The position numbers were made by a program, and so were the translations under genes. Positions 1 through 11,611 of a DNA stretch of 64,000 bases are shown here, piece by piece. Under the pieces are notes generated by a model. It worked only from the letters and a program-made list of their open reading frames with translations, did no database searches and had not been told where the DNA came from. The DNA comes from an uncultured Aliarcobacter sp. GTDB taxonomy: Bacteria; Campylobacterota; Campylobacteria; Campylobacterales; Arcobacteraceae. Every line of letters starts with the position of its first letter. Position 1 is the first letter of the stretch. The stretch is from assembly GCA_963664305.2 (NCBI GenBank), contig CAXXLV010000001.1, positions 896,001 through 960,000 on the forward strand, read 5' to 3'.

Positions 1-57
1 TCTTGAAACAACTTTTTGTGCTAGATAGATTTCATTTTCGATAATTAATATATTCAT
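1..57 (-). CDS. Response regulator, N-terminal fragment (runs off window start)
   Basis: Manual translation MNILIIENEIYLAQKVVSR resembles a receiver-domain start; ATG overlaps the ispDF stop (ATGA). Confidence 0.7.
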   Translation of the reverse strand, partial: MNILIIENEIYLAQKVVSR

Positions 58-1178
58 TTTTGTTTCCAATTATAATATTTCAATGTAGCAATACTTTGTA
101 CAGCAACTCCTTCAGCTCTACCAATAAATCCAAGCTTTTCCGCAGTTGTAGCTTTGATATTAATAAACTGTTTTTCAAGACCTAAAAGTTTTGCCATTGA
201 ATTTTTTATATCATTTTTAAAAGGATTGATTTTTGGTTTTTGTGCAATAATGGTTAAATCAATATTTACTATCTCATAACCAACATTATTTACAAAAGTT
301 ACAATCTCTTCTAATAAAATTTTTGAATCAATTCCTTTATATTTTTCATCAGTATCAGGAAAAAATTCACCAATATCTCCAGCTCCACATGCTCCTAATA
401 ATGCATCTATAACTGAATGTATTAAAACATCACCATCACTATGAGCTTTAAAACCATAATCATAAGGAAGTTTTATACCTCCTAGATACATATCTTTATT
501 ATCTTCAAATGCATGAATATCAAAACCAGTTCCAGTAAAAAAATTTGCAGATGGTTCTTTTAGACATGGTAAGTCTTCTAACTCATCACCTAAAGTTAAT
601 TTTTTACTATCACTACTACCTTGAACATATTTAATAGTTCCATTAATGCTTTTTATAGCAGAACTTTCATCAGTAAATTCAATCTTAGTATTTAGTGCAG
701 TTTTTAATATTTGAGTATTTGAAAGTTGAGGAGTTTGGATTAGTTTTACATTGTCTCTGTTGATAGTATTGTTTTCATAAATAACTGTATCTGTAACATT
801 CAAAATTGGTACAATGCAGTCAGCGTTTTCTTTTTCTAATAAAAGAGCATCAATTACACTTTTAGGGATACAAGCCCTTGCAACATCACTAATCATCACA
901 TATTTTGTTTTTACAAATTCTAAGCAATTTAAAATTGATTGTTGTCTCGTATCTCCACCTTTGACTAAAATAAAGTCGTCAGTGAAATTTTTCATGTAAT
1001 TTAATTCTTTTTCACTTGATGCAACAATTACTTTATCAAACGATGAATAAGTTTTAAGTCTTTTTGTAACATTTAGCCATAAAGGTTCATCTTTGATTCT
1101 TAGCCATTGTTTTTTTGTTTTGTGTTCAAATCTCGAAGAATTACCAGCACAAAGAACTATCAATGTAACATCAAACAA
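54..1178 (-). CDS. ispDF: Bifunctional IspD/IspF (MEP cytidylyltransferase / MEcPP synthase)
   Basis: AGNSSRF and QTPQ (IspD); GFDIH, HSDGDV, GDIG, NIKATT (IspF); TTG start with GGAG SD. Confidence 0.96.
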   Translation of the reverse strand: MFDVTLIVLCAGNSSRFEHKTKKQWLRIKDEPLWLNVTKRLKTYSSFDKVIVASSEKELNYMKNFTDDFILVKGGDTRQQSILNCLEFVKTKYVMISDVARACIPKSVIDALLLEKENADCIVPILNVTDTVIYENNTINRDNVKLIQTPQLSNTQILKTALNTKIEFTDESSAIKSINGTIKYVQGSSDSKKLTLGDELEDLPCLKEPSANFFTGTGFDIHAFEDNKDMYLGGIKLPYDYGFKAHSDGDVLIHSVIDALLGACGAGDIGEFFPDTDEKYKGIDSKILLEEIVTFVNNVGYEIVNIDLTIIAQKPKINPFKNDIKNSMAKLLGLEKQFINIKATTAEKLGFIGRAEGVAVQSIATLKYYNWKQK

Positions 1179-1226
1179 TAAAAACTCCTTTGAGTAAAAA
1201 AGTTACAAATTATAGTATATAGTTAC

Positions 1227-2057
1227 TTAGCTTTTGTTAAGACTTGTTTTAATAACTTCCTTAATCACATTTATTGAGTTTACAAAATGTTCAACATCAA
1301 AATTATATTCAACAACTTTTTCTAAAGCTTTTTCAATATTTCTTTCACTTAATGGATATCTAATATCACATAAAATTTTAATGATATGTAAGATTTGAGC
1401 TTTTTGTCTAAATGATTCTGGGCAATTTTCTATATCTTCTGCAAATGCAATAGGGAAAATAATATTATGACTTAAATTCCAATGTTTAAAAATATTTGCA
1501 GTAATTCTTGCACATGTAAATCCAGTAAATTTTTCTTCACATAAACTAGTATCTTTTGTATCTTCTAACTCTTTTAAAAATTCTTCAGTCTTTTTTTCAT
1601 TTTGAATTACTTGTGAAATTACAAATTTACCAACTTCTTGTAAAAATGCAGGAAGTAAAAGTTCATTTTTTAAATCAAAATTTATATTAGCAACCCAAGT
1701 ATTAATAATGTTACTAGCAAGAGAACTTGTAAAAATAAAATCATCAGTTGTAACTGCATATGCTAAAAGATTTGATTTTACAGCTTGTGAGATTGAAGAA
1801 CCAATAGCAACAGAAATTACAAATTTTATTCCTAAAAGATTAATCGCTCTACTTAATGTATCAACTTTACTTCTAAAACCAAACATACTTGAATTTGCAA
1901 TTTTTAATATATTTGCAACAATTAATGGATCTTTCCCAAGTATCTCAACTAACTTTTCACTATCTGTACTATCTTGTTTTCTAAAGTTATCCAATTCAAT
2001 TATATTTGCTGGTAAAGGAGGTAAAGAGGTAATTTCTTTTAATATTTTCTTTTTCAT
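1227..2057 (-). CDS. HDOD domain signalling protein
   Basis: LPPLP...DPLIVANILKIANSSMFG...AINLLG; LQEVGK at the usual LHDIGK position. Confidence 0.88.
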   Translation of the reverse strand: MKKKILKEITSLPPLPANIIELDNFRKQDSTDSEKLVEILGKDPLIVANILKIANSSMFGFRSKVDTLSRAINLLGIKFVISVAIGSSISQAVKSNLLAYAVTTDDFIFTSSLASNIINTWVANINFDLKNELLLPAFLQEVGKFVISQVIQNEKKTEEFLKELEDTKDTSLCEEKFTGFTCARITANIFKHWNLSHNIIFPIAFAEDIENCPESFRQKAQILHIIKILCDIRYPLSERNIEKALEKVVEYNFDVEHFVNSINVIKEVIKTSLNKS

Positions 2058-2071
2058 ATATGTCCTATATT

Positions 2072-4060
2072 TTAAAAAGTTAAATCATCGTCATCTAAAA
2101 GATAAGAGGTTAAATCTTTTTGATTAAAATGCTTAAAAATTTTGCTTATTTCATCTTTTATAAATTTTTTATTATGCTCTAAAATTTTATGAAAACTATA
2201 TTCATGAATTTTTGGGAATAAAAAATGAATTAAATATTTGTGATCGATTTTGATTACATATTTCTCAAATTCATAATCATAAGAATCATTATGTGTTACT
2301 TCAGTAATATGAACTTTTGATAAATTGTAAAATACTTTTGTTGATAAAAATTCTGTTAAGATTTTTATTGTATCTTCAATATCTAAAGAGTGGTTTTTTA
2401 CTTTTTTATTTATAAATTCAATTTCTTGATATAGTTCAAAATCTTTTATAATAAAGAAATCATTTAAAAAATTTGTTCTTACATAGTAATCTGAGAAATT
2501 AAAGTTTTTTAACAATAAAGTATTTATTTTTTTATAGTTTACTTCTAAAATATCAAAACCATTCAATAAAATAAATAGAGCATATAAATCTTTTGCTTTA
2601 TCTACTTTTTCTTGATGAGTTGAAAAAATCAATGAAATATTTAAGAAAATTTTTGAACAAATTGATACAAGATGGAAATCAAATGTGTTTTGAAGAACAT
2701 AATCAGAAATTTTTTCTAAAATTGTATTTAATTCATCATCAAATTTTGAGTTTTTAAATTTATTGATAAATAAATCAAAAATAGCTAATTTAAAAAATTC
2801 ATGATAATCATTTTTTACAACTGCAGAATTAATCAAAATTTGTGTGATATGACTATATTTAAAATCTTTGATATCTGATGCAAAAAAAAGAATTCTATAA
2901 ATAGTTTCTAAATTTTTATTATCAAAATTTTTATCAGAAAATATGAAATCTTCTACAATAGCATGATAATCCAATTTTCTCTCAAAACTTAGATTTGAAT
3001 TGTAATTGTAAAGAAGTGAACTAAGAAGAGTTTTTTCAAGTTCATTGATATTATTGGGAATATTTATTTCATCATCAATAGAAAATCTTCTAAAATAAAC
3101 TTTTAAAATCTTTTGAAAATAGGGATTATCTATAATACGTGGAGAGTTTGGTAAATCTCTTAATTTTTTTAGTAATTTAAGTAATAGAATAGAAGAATAG
3201 TTTTTAAATATTAAAAACTCTGAATTTTCAAAAATATCATCTTCATATCCAAAATTATTGTTTTTAGAAAGTATAAATCCATCTTCTTGTTTTTCTAAAC
3301 ATAAAAGATATTTCTCAAAGCTTTTATCTAAATCATCAAAATCAACAACAATTTCATCTAAATGAGAAAAGTAGTATAAATATTTTCCTTGAAGATTATT
3401 GATTTTACACAGATTTTCATTATCTAAAGGTATAGTAAATTTTACTATATTTATTGTTTCTGTCATTAATTCAATTATTTGATTAATTTTCTTTTTTTTG
3501 ATTAAATCAATAGAATTAATAGTGCAAAGTTGAATTAATGTTTTTAATAAAATAATATATAGGTCAAAAGTGAGTAGAAACAACTCTTTTTTATCAAAAA
3601 AAATTCTTTGTAAATGATTTTCGTAAAATCTAAAAACCTTTTCAATTGCATTTAAATCATATTCATTGTTTGAATTTAATATTGACTCATGCGAACCAAT
3701 GGTTGAAACATGGGCTAAAATGTTAATATCTTTAATAAAATGTATATTGTCATCTTTTATTAATTGTTTTAGTTTTTTTTCTAAAAATTGATTAATTTGT
3801 TGTTTAAAAAAAATATTATTTAAAAAAAGATTTTCTATATCAGTAGGTAGATTTTCTTTTCTTTTATGTAGTTCTAACATATAGTTGATTATGTATAAAT
3901 AATTTTTTTCTGTGGAACTGATTAATTGGTTTTCATTTTCAAGAATATTGTATTTTTCGGCAATATACATGATTTCATCAATATATTTTTGTTGAGATAA
4001 TTCGTTTTGAGTGTATATTGAGAAGTTTGGAGAATTATTTATTTGTTCATCATTTGACAT
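2072..4060 (-). CDS. Hypothetical protein, 662 aa
   Basis: Long ORF with GGAGG SD; no recognisable motif. Confidence 0.75.
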   Translation of the reverse strand: MSNDEQINNSPNFSIYTQNELSQQKYIDEIMYIAEKYNILENENQLISSTEKNYLYIINYMLELHKRKENLPTDIENLFLNNIFFKQQINQFLEKKLKQLIKDDNIHFIKDINILAHVSTIGSHESILNSNNEYDLNAIEKVFRFYENHLQRIFFDKKELFLLTFDLYIILLKTLIQLCTINSIDLIKKKKINQIIELMTETINIVKFTIPLDNENLCKINNLQGKYLYYFSHLDEIVVDFDDLDKSFEKYLLCLEKQEDGFILSKNNNFGYEDDIFENSEFLIFKNYSSILLLKLLKKLRDLPNSPRIIDNPYFQKILKVYFRRFSIDDEINIPNNINELEKTLLSSLLYNYNSNLSFERKLDYHAIVEDFIFSDKNFDNKNLETIYRILFFASDIKDFKYSHITQILINSAVVKNDYHEFFKLAIFDLFINKFKNSKFDDELNTILEKISDYVLQNTFDFHLVSICSKIFLNISLIFSTHQEKVDKAKDLYALFILLNGFDILEVNYKKINTLLLKNFNFSDYYVRTNFLNDFFIIKDFELYQEIEFINKKVKNHSLDIEDTIKILTEFLSTKVFYNLSKVHITEVTHNDSYDYEFEKYVIKIDHKYLIHFLFPKIHEYSFHKILEHNKKFIKDEISKIFKHFNQKDLTSYLLDDDDLTF

Positions 4061-4169
4061 TACATAACCTCCAATGAAAATTTTATTATTTATTATATAG
4101 AAAAGAAACTTATATGAATAATAATTTGAAAAAATCTAAACACATTAAGCTTATATAAACATATTTGGC

Positions 4170-4175
4170 TATAAT
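4170..4175 (+). promoter_or_regulatory. Putative sigma70 -10 box for thiC
   Basis: TATAAT 37 nt before ATG, followed by AGGA SD. Confidence 0.55.
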
Positions 4176-4203
4176 CTACTTACAATTTAAATAAATATTA
4201 TAG

Positions 4204-5565
<1,362 letters not shown>

Positions 5566-5630
5566 TTAAGATAAAAATTATCCTATTTAAAATATAATGT
5601 CAGACTATTAAATATTATAAGGAATATTAT

Positions 5631-6815
5631 ATGGCTAATGTAGAAACAATTAAAAAAGAATTAGAAAATATTAAATATCCAGGCTTTGCAAAATCAATTG
5701 TAGAGTTTGGATTTGTAAAAGATATTCAATTAGATGGAAATAACTCAATTATTACTTTAGATATTACTTCAACTGCACCAGAAGTTGAAGCACAATTAAG
5801 AAAAGAAATTACAGCTTCAATGTCATCAATTGGAATAAATGTAACTCTTAATTTTAATAAACCTAAAGAACAAGCACAACAAAGTAATAGTGTAAGTGGT
5901 AAAAATATTGCTCCACAAATTAAAAAAGTTGTAATGGTTAGTTCTGGAAAAGGTGGAGTTGGTAAATCAACTACAACTGTAAACTTAGCTGTTGCAGCTG
6001 CAATGCAAGGTAAAAGAGTTGGTATTTTAGATGCTGATATTTATGGTCCAAATATTCCAAGAATGATGGGATTAAATGGAAAAGAAGTTGAAATTGTTGG
6101 AGATAAAGCAAAACCTTTAAATGCATATGGAGTTGATGTAATGTCAATGGGTATGCTTATGGAAGAAGGGCAAGCTCTTATTTGGAGAGGTGCTATGATT
6201 ATGAAAGCAATCCAACAACTTTTAAGAGATATATTATGGGAAGAGTTAGATATTTTATTTATTGATATGCCTCCAGGAACTGGTGATGCTCAATTAACTT
6301 TAGCTCAAAGTGTACCTGTAAGTGCTGGAATTAATGTTACAACTCCTCAACACGTTGCCCTAGATGATTCAAGAAGGTCTTTAGATATGTTTAAAAAACT
6401 TCACATTCCAGTTGCTGGAATTGTTGAAAATATGAGTGGATTTATTTGTCCTTCATGTAAAACTGAATCTGATATTTTTGGAATGGGAACTTGTGAAGAG
6501 TTAGCAAAACAATATAACACTCAAGTATTAGGAAATCTTCCAATTGAACCAGCTATTAGAGAAGGTGGGGATAGTGGAAAACCAGTAGTTTATTTCAATC
6601 CAGAATCTGTATCTGCAAAAAGATATATGATAGCTGCTGATAAACTAATTCAATTCTTAGCAAATGTTGATGATAAGATTGATAACTCTGCAATTCAGCC
6701 TATTATGCCTGCAGGTGTAAGTGCTTGTTCAACAGAAGGACAAAAAATAAAAGCTGAGCACGAAGCAGCCAAAAAATCAGCTGGAAGTTGTGGTACAGGA
6801 TGTGGTTGCCACTAA
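5631..6815 (+). CDS. mrp: Mrp/ApbC Fe-S cluster carrier ATPase
   Basis: SGKGGVGKST, DADIYGP, DMPPGTGD, ENMS...CPSC. Confidence 0.95.
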   Translation: MANVETIKKELENIKYPGFAKSIVEFGFVKDIQLDGNNSIITLDITSTAPEVEAQLRKEITASMSSIGINVTLNFNKPKEQAQQSNSVSGKNIAPQIKKVVMVSSGKGGVGKSTTTVNLAVAAAMQGKRVGILDADIYGPNIPRMMGLNGKEVEIVGDKAKPLNAYGVDVMSMGMLMEEGQALIWRGAMIMKAIQQLLRDILWEELDILFIDMPPGTGDAQLTLAQSVPVSAGINVTTPQHVALDDSRRSLDMFKKLHIPVAGIVENMSGFICPSCKTESDIFGMGTCEELAKQYNTQVLGNLPIEPAIREGGDSGKPVVYFNPESVSAKRYMIAADKLIQFLANVDDKIDNSAIQPIMPAGVSACSTEGQKIKAEHEAAKKSAGSCGTGCGCH

Positions 6816-6821
6816 TTAAAT

Positions 6822-6847
6822 AAAAAAAGAGTATTTACTCTTTTTTT
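6822..6847. terminator. Bidirectional intrinsic terminator
   Basis: AAAAAAAGAGTA-TT-TACTCTTTTTTT between convergent genes. Confidence 0.75.
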
Positions 6848-7103
6848 ATCCACATTTATAATATTCTTCAAATAATTCTTCAACTTTTTCAGTTACTAGT
6901 TTTTCATGCCAATTATGTCTTTTTGCAAATACTTTAATTTCAGATTCCCTTTGTTCTTCTGAACAGAAAAAATATAATTTTTTAACAAATGGTTTGGGTA
7001 CAGATATTACAATCTTTTGAAAAAAGCTCTCTTTACATTCGGCTGAACAAAAAACCTTTGAAATAGGTATTTTTTTAGAGCAGTATTGACAATTATTTGT
7101 CAT
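6846..7103 (-). CDS. Small Zn-ribbon protein (DUF2116-like)
   Basis: CQYC...FCSAEC; GGAG SD. Confidence 0.75.
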   Translation of the reverse strand: MTNNCQYCSKKIPISKVFCSAECKESFFQKIVISVPKPFVKKLYFFCSEEQRESEIKVFAKRHNWHEKLVTEKVEELFEEYYKCG

Positions 7104-7131
7104 AATAACTCCTTTTTTAATTTAATTTTTA

Positions 7132-7168
7132 ATTATAACAAGTGAGAATTAAATGCAACTTACTTGCA
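7132..7168 (-). promoter_or_regulatory. Extended -10 promoter with upstream palindrome
   Basis: Minus strand TGCAAGTAAGTTGCA-N13-TGTTATAAT. Confidence 0.65.
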
Positions 7169-7185
7169 TTTATATTGATAAAAAA

Positions 7186-7869
7186 TCAAGAATCTTTTCT
7201 TGAATTTTTTTCTTCTATTCCTGAAATTCCAAATCTTCTTGCTAATTCTTGTTTAACTCTATCAGGACTAATGTTTTTACTTGCAAGTGCCACTAAAACA
7301 TGATAAGTTATATCAGCAGCTTCATAAATAATCTCTTCCGTATTATCATCTTTTATTGCAAAAGTAAATTCACCAGCTTCTTCAACAATTTTCTTTAACA
7401 TAGAATTTTGTTTACCTTTTAGAAGTTTTGCTGTATATGATTTTGTTGGATCATCATTTTTTCTTTCACAAATAGTGTGATATAAGGTATCAATAACACC
7501 GTAAGCAGCAGTTGTATTAATCTCAACATCACTTATAGTTTCATTTGTATTAAGATTTGTGAAAAAACAAGATTTTCTTCCTGTATGACATGCAACACCC
7601 TCTTGATTAACTTTTAAAAGTAAAGTGTCATTATCACAATCTACAAGAATTTCTACAATTTCTTGAAGATGATTTGAACTTTCACCTTTTTTCCAAATTC
7701 TTTGTTTACTTCTACTAAAGTAGTGTGCATAATTTGTTTTTATAGTTAATTCTAAAGCTTCTTTATTCATATAAGCAAGCATTAGAACTTCATTAGTAGT
7801 TGCATCTTGAGTAATTACAGGAATTAAATTATCCATTTTTTCCCAGTCTATTTTATCTAGTTGTTCCAT
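7186..7869 (-). CDS. hisIE: Bifunctional phosphoribosyl-AMP cyclohydrolase / phosphoribosyl-ATP diphosphatase
   Basis: [35 protein letters not shown]; start moved to ATG 7869 (AAGG SD). Confidence 0.96.
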   Translation of the reverse strand: MEQLDKIDWEKMDNLIPVITQDATTNEVLMLAYMNKEALELTIKTNYAHYFSRSKQRIWKKGESSNHLQEIVEILVDCDNDTLLLKVNQEGVACHTGRKSCFFTNLNTNETISDVEINTTAAYGVIDTLYHTICERKNDDPTKSYTAKLLKGKQNSMLKKIVEEAGEFTFAIKDDNTEEIIYEAADITYHVLVALASKNISPDRVKQELARRFGISGIEEKNSRKDS

Positions 7870-7882
7870 TATATATTTACCT

Positions 7883-8143
7883 TTAGAATTTTGTACCAAT
7901 ATCTATTTTAATTCCTTCAATGGTCATCAATTCTTTATTTATATCAATATTTATTCCAAAATCATAGTTTGATTTGATTTCATAATCTTTGTTTTCTTTA
8001 TATTTGTTTATTTCTTCATACTTTAAATTTTCATCATATTTAATTTCTGGTTTAACTTTTAAAATAGATTCAATATTTTCTGCATATAAAAAATCAACAA
8101 ATATAAAAAAGATAGTTGAAATTATTATAAATTTTTTTTTCAT
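7883..8143 (-). CDS. Small hypothetical exported protein
   Basis: Signal-peptide-like N-terminus (MKKKFIII...LYA), terminal Phe; no clear SD. Confidence 0.55.
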   Translation of the reverse strand: MKKKFIIISTIFFIFVDFLYAENIESILKVKPEIKYDENLKYEEINKYKENKDYEIKSNYDFGINIDINKELMTIEGIKIDIGTKF

Positions 8144-8149
8144 TGTATT

Positions 8150-8171
8150 AAGAAGCAGAAAACTGCTTCTT
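8150..8171 (-). terminator. Hairpin after the SPFH gene
   Basis: AAGAAGCAG-AAAA-CTGCTTCTT directly after the stop codon. Confidence 0.65.
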
Positions 8172-8175
8172 TAGA

Positions 8176-9246
8176 TTATTGATTTACTGATGTATCTCTT
8201 GTTTTATCTTTAGAATCTATCCAAATATTTGGAGTTGATCCACCAGGAGTTAAGAAAATTTTAGCATCTTTGTTTTCTCTAAGTGCTTCGTTGAATTTTC
8301 CTTGAACTTCAATTTGTTGCATTTGTAAAAGAGTAGGTGTTAAAGATAATGCAATCTCTTTATTTGCAGCAGCTTGTGCTTTTGCTTCAATAGTTACAGC
8401 ATCTGCTCTACCTTGCGCTTCAATTCTTTTTGCTTCAGCTTCTCCATTTGCAAGAGCTGCTCTTTTTTCAGCTTCTTGTTTTGCTCTTAAAACTTCGTAT
8501 CTAACTCTTTCAGATTCTTGATTTGCAATTTGAACTCTTTCAATTTGCTCTTTAATTTTTGCTGGAAGAACAATTTCTCTTAATTGAACTGATTCAATTG
8601 AAACTGGTTTCCCTTCAAGTGATTCAATTTGTGATCTAATTCCATTTTCAATCATAGTAGCAATTTCATTTCTTTTTGTTGGTAACTCTTCTGCATTAAA
8701 TCCACCAACAACATTTCTCACAATATTTCTTACCACTGGATTTACAATTTTATCTTCCCATGCTGATCCCCAAGTTGCAATAGTAGCTGGTGCACCAGAT
8801 GCTGTTAATCTATATTGAACAGTAAGTTCAATAGATACAGGTAAACCTCTTGCATCTAAAATATTAATTGCAGGATTACTTCTAATACTTTGGTCAAATC
8901 CAGTACTTGTTTCAACAGTAGCAAAGTTCATAAGTCTAACTTTTGTATCAACTACTGTAACTTTTTGGTATCCAGGAATAATAAAGTGAAAACCTGGATT
9001 TAATGGTTGATCATCATATTTTCCTAATGTTTGTTTGATTCCTACATTACCTGACTCAATTGTCATAAATGGTTTGAATACAAATAAAGCTCCAATGATA
9101 ATAATAACTACATATATCATTCCTGCTTTTTTACCAAAATTTTTGAAAAATTCTGGTGTTTCAAAAGGCGGTTGATAATTTCCTCCACCATTTGAATTTC
9201 CATTATTTTGTTGTCTGTTTTTAAAATAGTCGTTGTCTATCGGCAT
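8176..9246 (-). CDS. SPFH/Band 7/prohibitin family membrane protein
   Basis: One TM helix, PGFHFIIP, SPFH core, AE-rich coiled coil. Confidence 0.92.
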   Translation of the reverse strand: MPIDNDYFKNRQQNNGNSNGGGNYQPPFETPEFFKNFGKKAGMIYVVIIIIGALFVFKPFMTIESGNVGIKQTLGKYDDQPLNPGFHFIIPGYQKVTVVDTKVRLMNFATVETSTGFDQSIRSNPAINILDARGLPVSIELTVQYRLTASGAPATIATWGSAWEDKIVNPVVRNIVRNVVGGFNAEELPTKRNEIATMIENGIRSQIESLEGKPVSIESVQLREIVLPAKIKEQIERVQIANQESERVRYEVLRAKQEAEKRAALANGEAEAKRIEAQGRADAVTIEAKAQAAANKEIALSLTPTLLQMQQIEVQGKFNEALRENKDAKIFLTPGGSTPNIWIDSKDKTRDTSVNQ

Positions 9247-9292
9247 TTTTTTCCTTATTTAAAAATATAAAATTATTTAATAATAGTTAAGA

Positions 9293-10213
9293 TTAGTTAA
9301 CGTATGTTAAATACTTTAAATATTTTTCATTTTTTCCAGCAACTACGTCAAAATATGCAGATTGAATTTTTTCAGTAATTGGTCCTCTTGAACCACAACC
9401 AATAATTCTTGCATCAACATCTCTAATTGGTGTAATTTCAGCAGCAGTTCCTGTGAAGAATGCTTCATCAGCTATATAAACTTCTTCTCTACTAATTCTT
9501 CTTCTAACTACTTCAATTCCCATATCAGCAGCTAATTCGATAACTGTTGCTTGAGTGATTGATTCTAGTGAATTATCATTTGGAGGAGTAATTAATTTCC
9601 CATCTCTAACGATAAAGAAACAAGCTCCACTAGCTTCAGCAATATAACCTTGGTCATCTCTTAATAATGCTTCATCATATCCAGCTTCAACAGCTTCATA
9701 TTTTGCCATTTGAGAGTTAAGATAATTTGCTACAGCTTTTGCTTTACCCATTCCAGAAGTATTTGGAGTTCTTGTAAAAGATGAAATTTTAACTCTAACA
9801 CCTTTTTTTAATCCTTCTTCTCCTAAATAAGCTCCCCATTCCCATGCAGCACAAGAAACTTTTACAGGTGCTTCTTTATGGTATAATCCCATTACACCGT
9901 AACCTAAGTAAACTAATGGTCTTATATAAGCACCTTCAAATAATTCATTTTTTTGTAATAATTCAACTTGTGCTTTATTTAATTCTTCTAAAGAAAAAGG
10001 AACATTCATTAATGTCATTTTTGAAGAATTTATTAATCTTTGAGTATGTTCATTAAGTTTGAAAATTGCACATCTTCCATCAACAGTTTTATATGCTTTA
10101 GTACCTTCAATTGCACCATTTCCATAGTGAAGCGTATGACTTAAAACATGCACGTTTGCATCATGCCAGTTTACAAATTGTCCATCCATCCATATATATT
10201 TTGCTTCAGTCAT
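9293..10213 (-). CDS. ilvE: Branched-chain amino acid aminotransferase
   Basis: LHYG..IEG.KAY, YIRP, AKAVANY, TGTAAEITP. Confidence 0.96.
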   Translation of the reverse strand: MTEAKYIWMDGQFVNWHDANVHVLSHTLHYGNGAIEGTKAYKTVDGRCAIFKLNEHTQRLINSSKMTLMNVPFSLEELNKAQVELLQKNELFEGAYIRPLVYLGYGVMGLYHKEAPVKVSCAAWEWGAYLGEEGLKKGVRVKISSFTRTPNTSGMGKAKAVANYLNSQMAKYEAVEAGYDEALLRDDQGYIAEASGACFFIVRDGKLITPPNDNSLESITQATVIELAADMGIEVVRRRISREEVYIADEAFFTGTAAEITPIRDVDARIIGCGSRGPITEKIQSAYFDVVAGKNEKYLKYLTYVN

Positions 10214-10350
10214 TTGATAAATTCCTAATGATTAATTTTTTTAGCTAATATTTTATCCAAGAATATTAAAAATAACTCTTAAATGATTTTTTTATGTTAT
10301 TTAAGAGTATTAAATGTAAGATTATGAAAAGAGAATTTATAGGCAAAATC

Positions 10351-10953
10351 ATGATAAAAAATATTTTTATTTTTATAACTGTTTCATTTTTTATAACTGG
10401 ATGTTCAACAAATCAACTTGTAATTCCTACAGAAAAGAAAATGGAAAGAGAAAAAGTATCAAATGAACTTCTAGGTGAGATTAGTTATATACTATTTTTA
10501 CTAAAACAAAAAGATTTGGAGACAATTAATTCTCAATTAATTAATCCAAGATATGGTGTTTATGAAATTTATAAAAATGAAAATACTAATAGAGTAACAT
10601 TTAAACACTCTTTAAAAATCGAAGAGATTAGTAATCATATTGATTCTTTTGATGTAAAAGAAGAACTGATTACTTTTGATTGTAGTCCACAAAATGATGC
10701 ATTTTATGGTTGGAGTAAAGAAGGCGTTTTTTTAACTACTGATATTAAGCCTTATTTATCACAAATGATGACAGAAATAAATAAAATTCTACCAAATAGA
10801 TATAAAGAAGATGAGTTAAAAAGAGTAGAACAAATTGAAAAAACTAGCTATGAATTAATAGTAACTTACAACAATATATTTTATTTAACAAAAATAGATA
10901 ATAGATGGTATATAACTCTTATTGATGGAGTTAAAACGGATTGTAGTCAGTAA
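10351..10953 (+). CDS. Hypothetical lipoprotein
   Basis: Lipobox ITGC after a hydrophobic stretch; start moved to ATG 10351 (AGG SD). Confidence 0.72.
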   Translation: MIKNIFIFITVSFFITGCSTNQLVIPTEKKMEREKVSNELLGEISYILFLLKQKDLETINSQLINPRYGVYEIYKNENTNRVTFKHSLKIEEISNHIDSFDVKEELITFDCSPQNDAFYGWSKEGVFLTTDIKPYLSQMMTEINKILPNRYKEDELKRVEQIEKTSYELIVTYNNIFYLTKIDNRWYITLIDGVKTDCSQ

Positions 10954-10954
10954 T

Positions 10955-10991
10955 TGCAACTAAGTTGCACATAAGATTACTCTGTTATAAT
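10955..10991 (+). promoter_or_regulatory. Extended -10 promoter with upstream palindrome (ribA)
   Basis: TGCAACTAAGTTGCA-N13-TGTTATAAT. Confidence 0.65.
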
Positions 10992-11014
10992 TGATTGAAA
11001 AAAGAGAATTAAAA

Positions 11015-11590
11015 ATGAATATAATGCAATCAAATATAGCAAAATTACCAACAAAATTTGGGAAATTCCAAGTAAAAGCATACAAAGATGGAGTTCAAGA
11101 ACATCTAGCAATAATGAGTCAGAATTTTGAAACTTTAGAAATTCCATATGTAAGAATTCATTCAGAATGTTTAACTGGAGATACATTAGGAAGTCTAAAA
11201 TGTGATTGTCAAAATCAACTTGATTTATCACTAAAATTTATAGCACAAAATGGTGGATTAGTAATTTATCATAGACAAGAAGGTAGAAACATAGGTCTTG
11301 TTAATAAAATTAATGCTTATGCTTTACAAGATTTAGGAAGAAATACTATTGAAGCAAATCTTGAATTAGGTTTTAAAGAGGATGAAAGAGACTATTCAAT
11401 AGTTGGATATGTACTAAAAGATTTAGGAATAAAAAGATTAAAATTAATAACAAATAATCCTAAAAAGATAGAATATATTGAATCTTTAGGTGTAGAAATA
11501 AAAGAGAGAATACCTGCAATAATAAAAGCAAATAAATATAATGAAGGTTATCTATCTACAAAAAAAAATAAAATGGGGCATTTGCTTTAA
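11015..11590 (+). CDS. ribA: GTP cyclohydrolase II
   Basis: RIHSECLTGD, CDC, QEGRNIG, TNNPKK; ATG 11015 preferred because the TTG at 10991 overlaps the -10 box. Confidence 0.96.
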   Translation: MNIMQSNIAKLPTKFGKFQVKAYKDGVQEHLAIMSQNFETLEIPYVRIHSECLTGDTLGSLKCDCQNQLDLSLKFIAQNGGLVIYHRQEGRNIGLVNKINAYALQDLGRNTIEANLELGFKEDERDYSIVGYVLKDLGIKRLKLITNNPKKIEYIESLGVEIKERIPAIIKANKYNEGYLSTKKNKMGHLL

Positions 11591-11611
11591 TCTAAAAAAG
11601 GATAAAAAGAT

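Noticed and set aside
1201..1226. AGTTAC direct repeat as a third Pho box
   Set aside because: The period is 20 bp rather than 11 and the copies flank the -10 box
8132..8140. Nine-base A/T runs as phase-variation sites (also near 36129 and 48838)
   Set aside because: Expected at this AT content; no long poly-G/C tracts were seen
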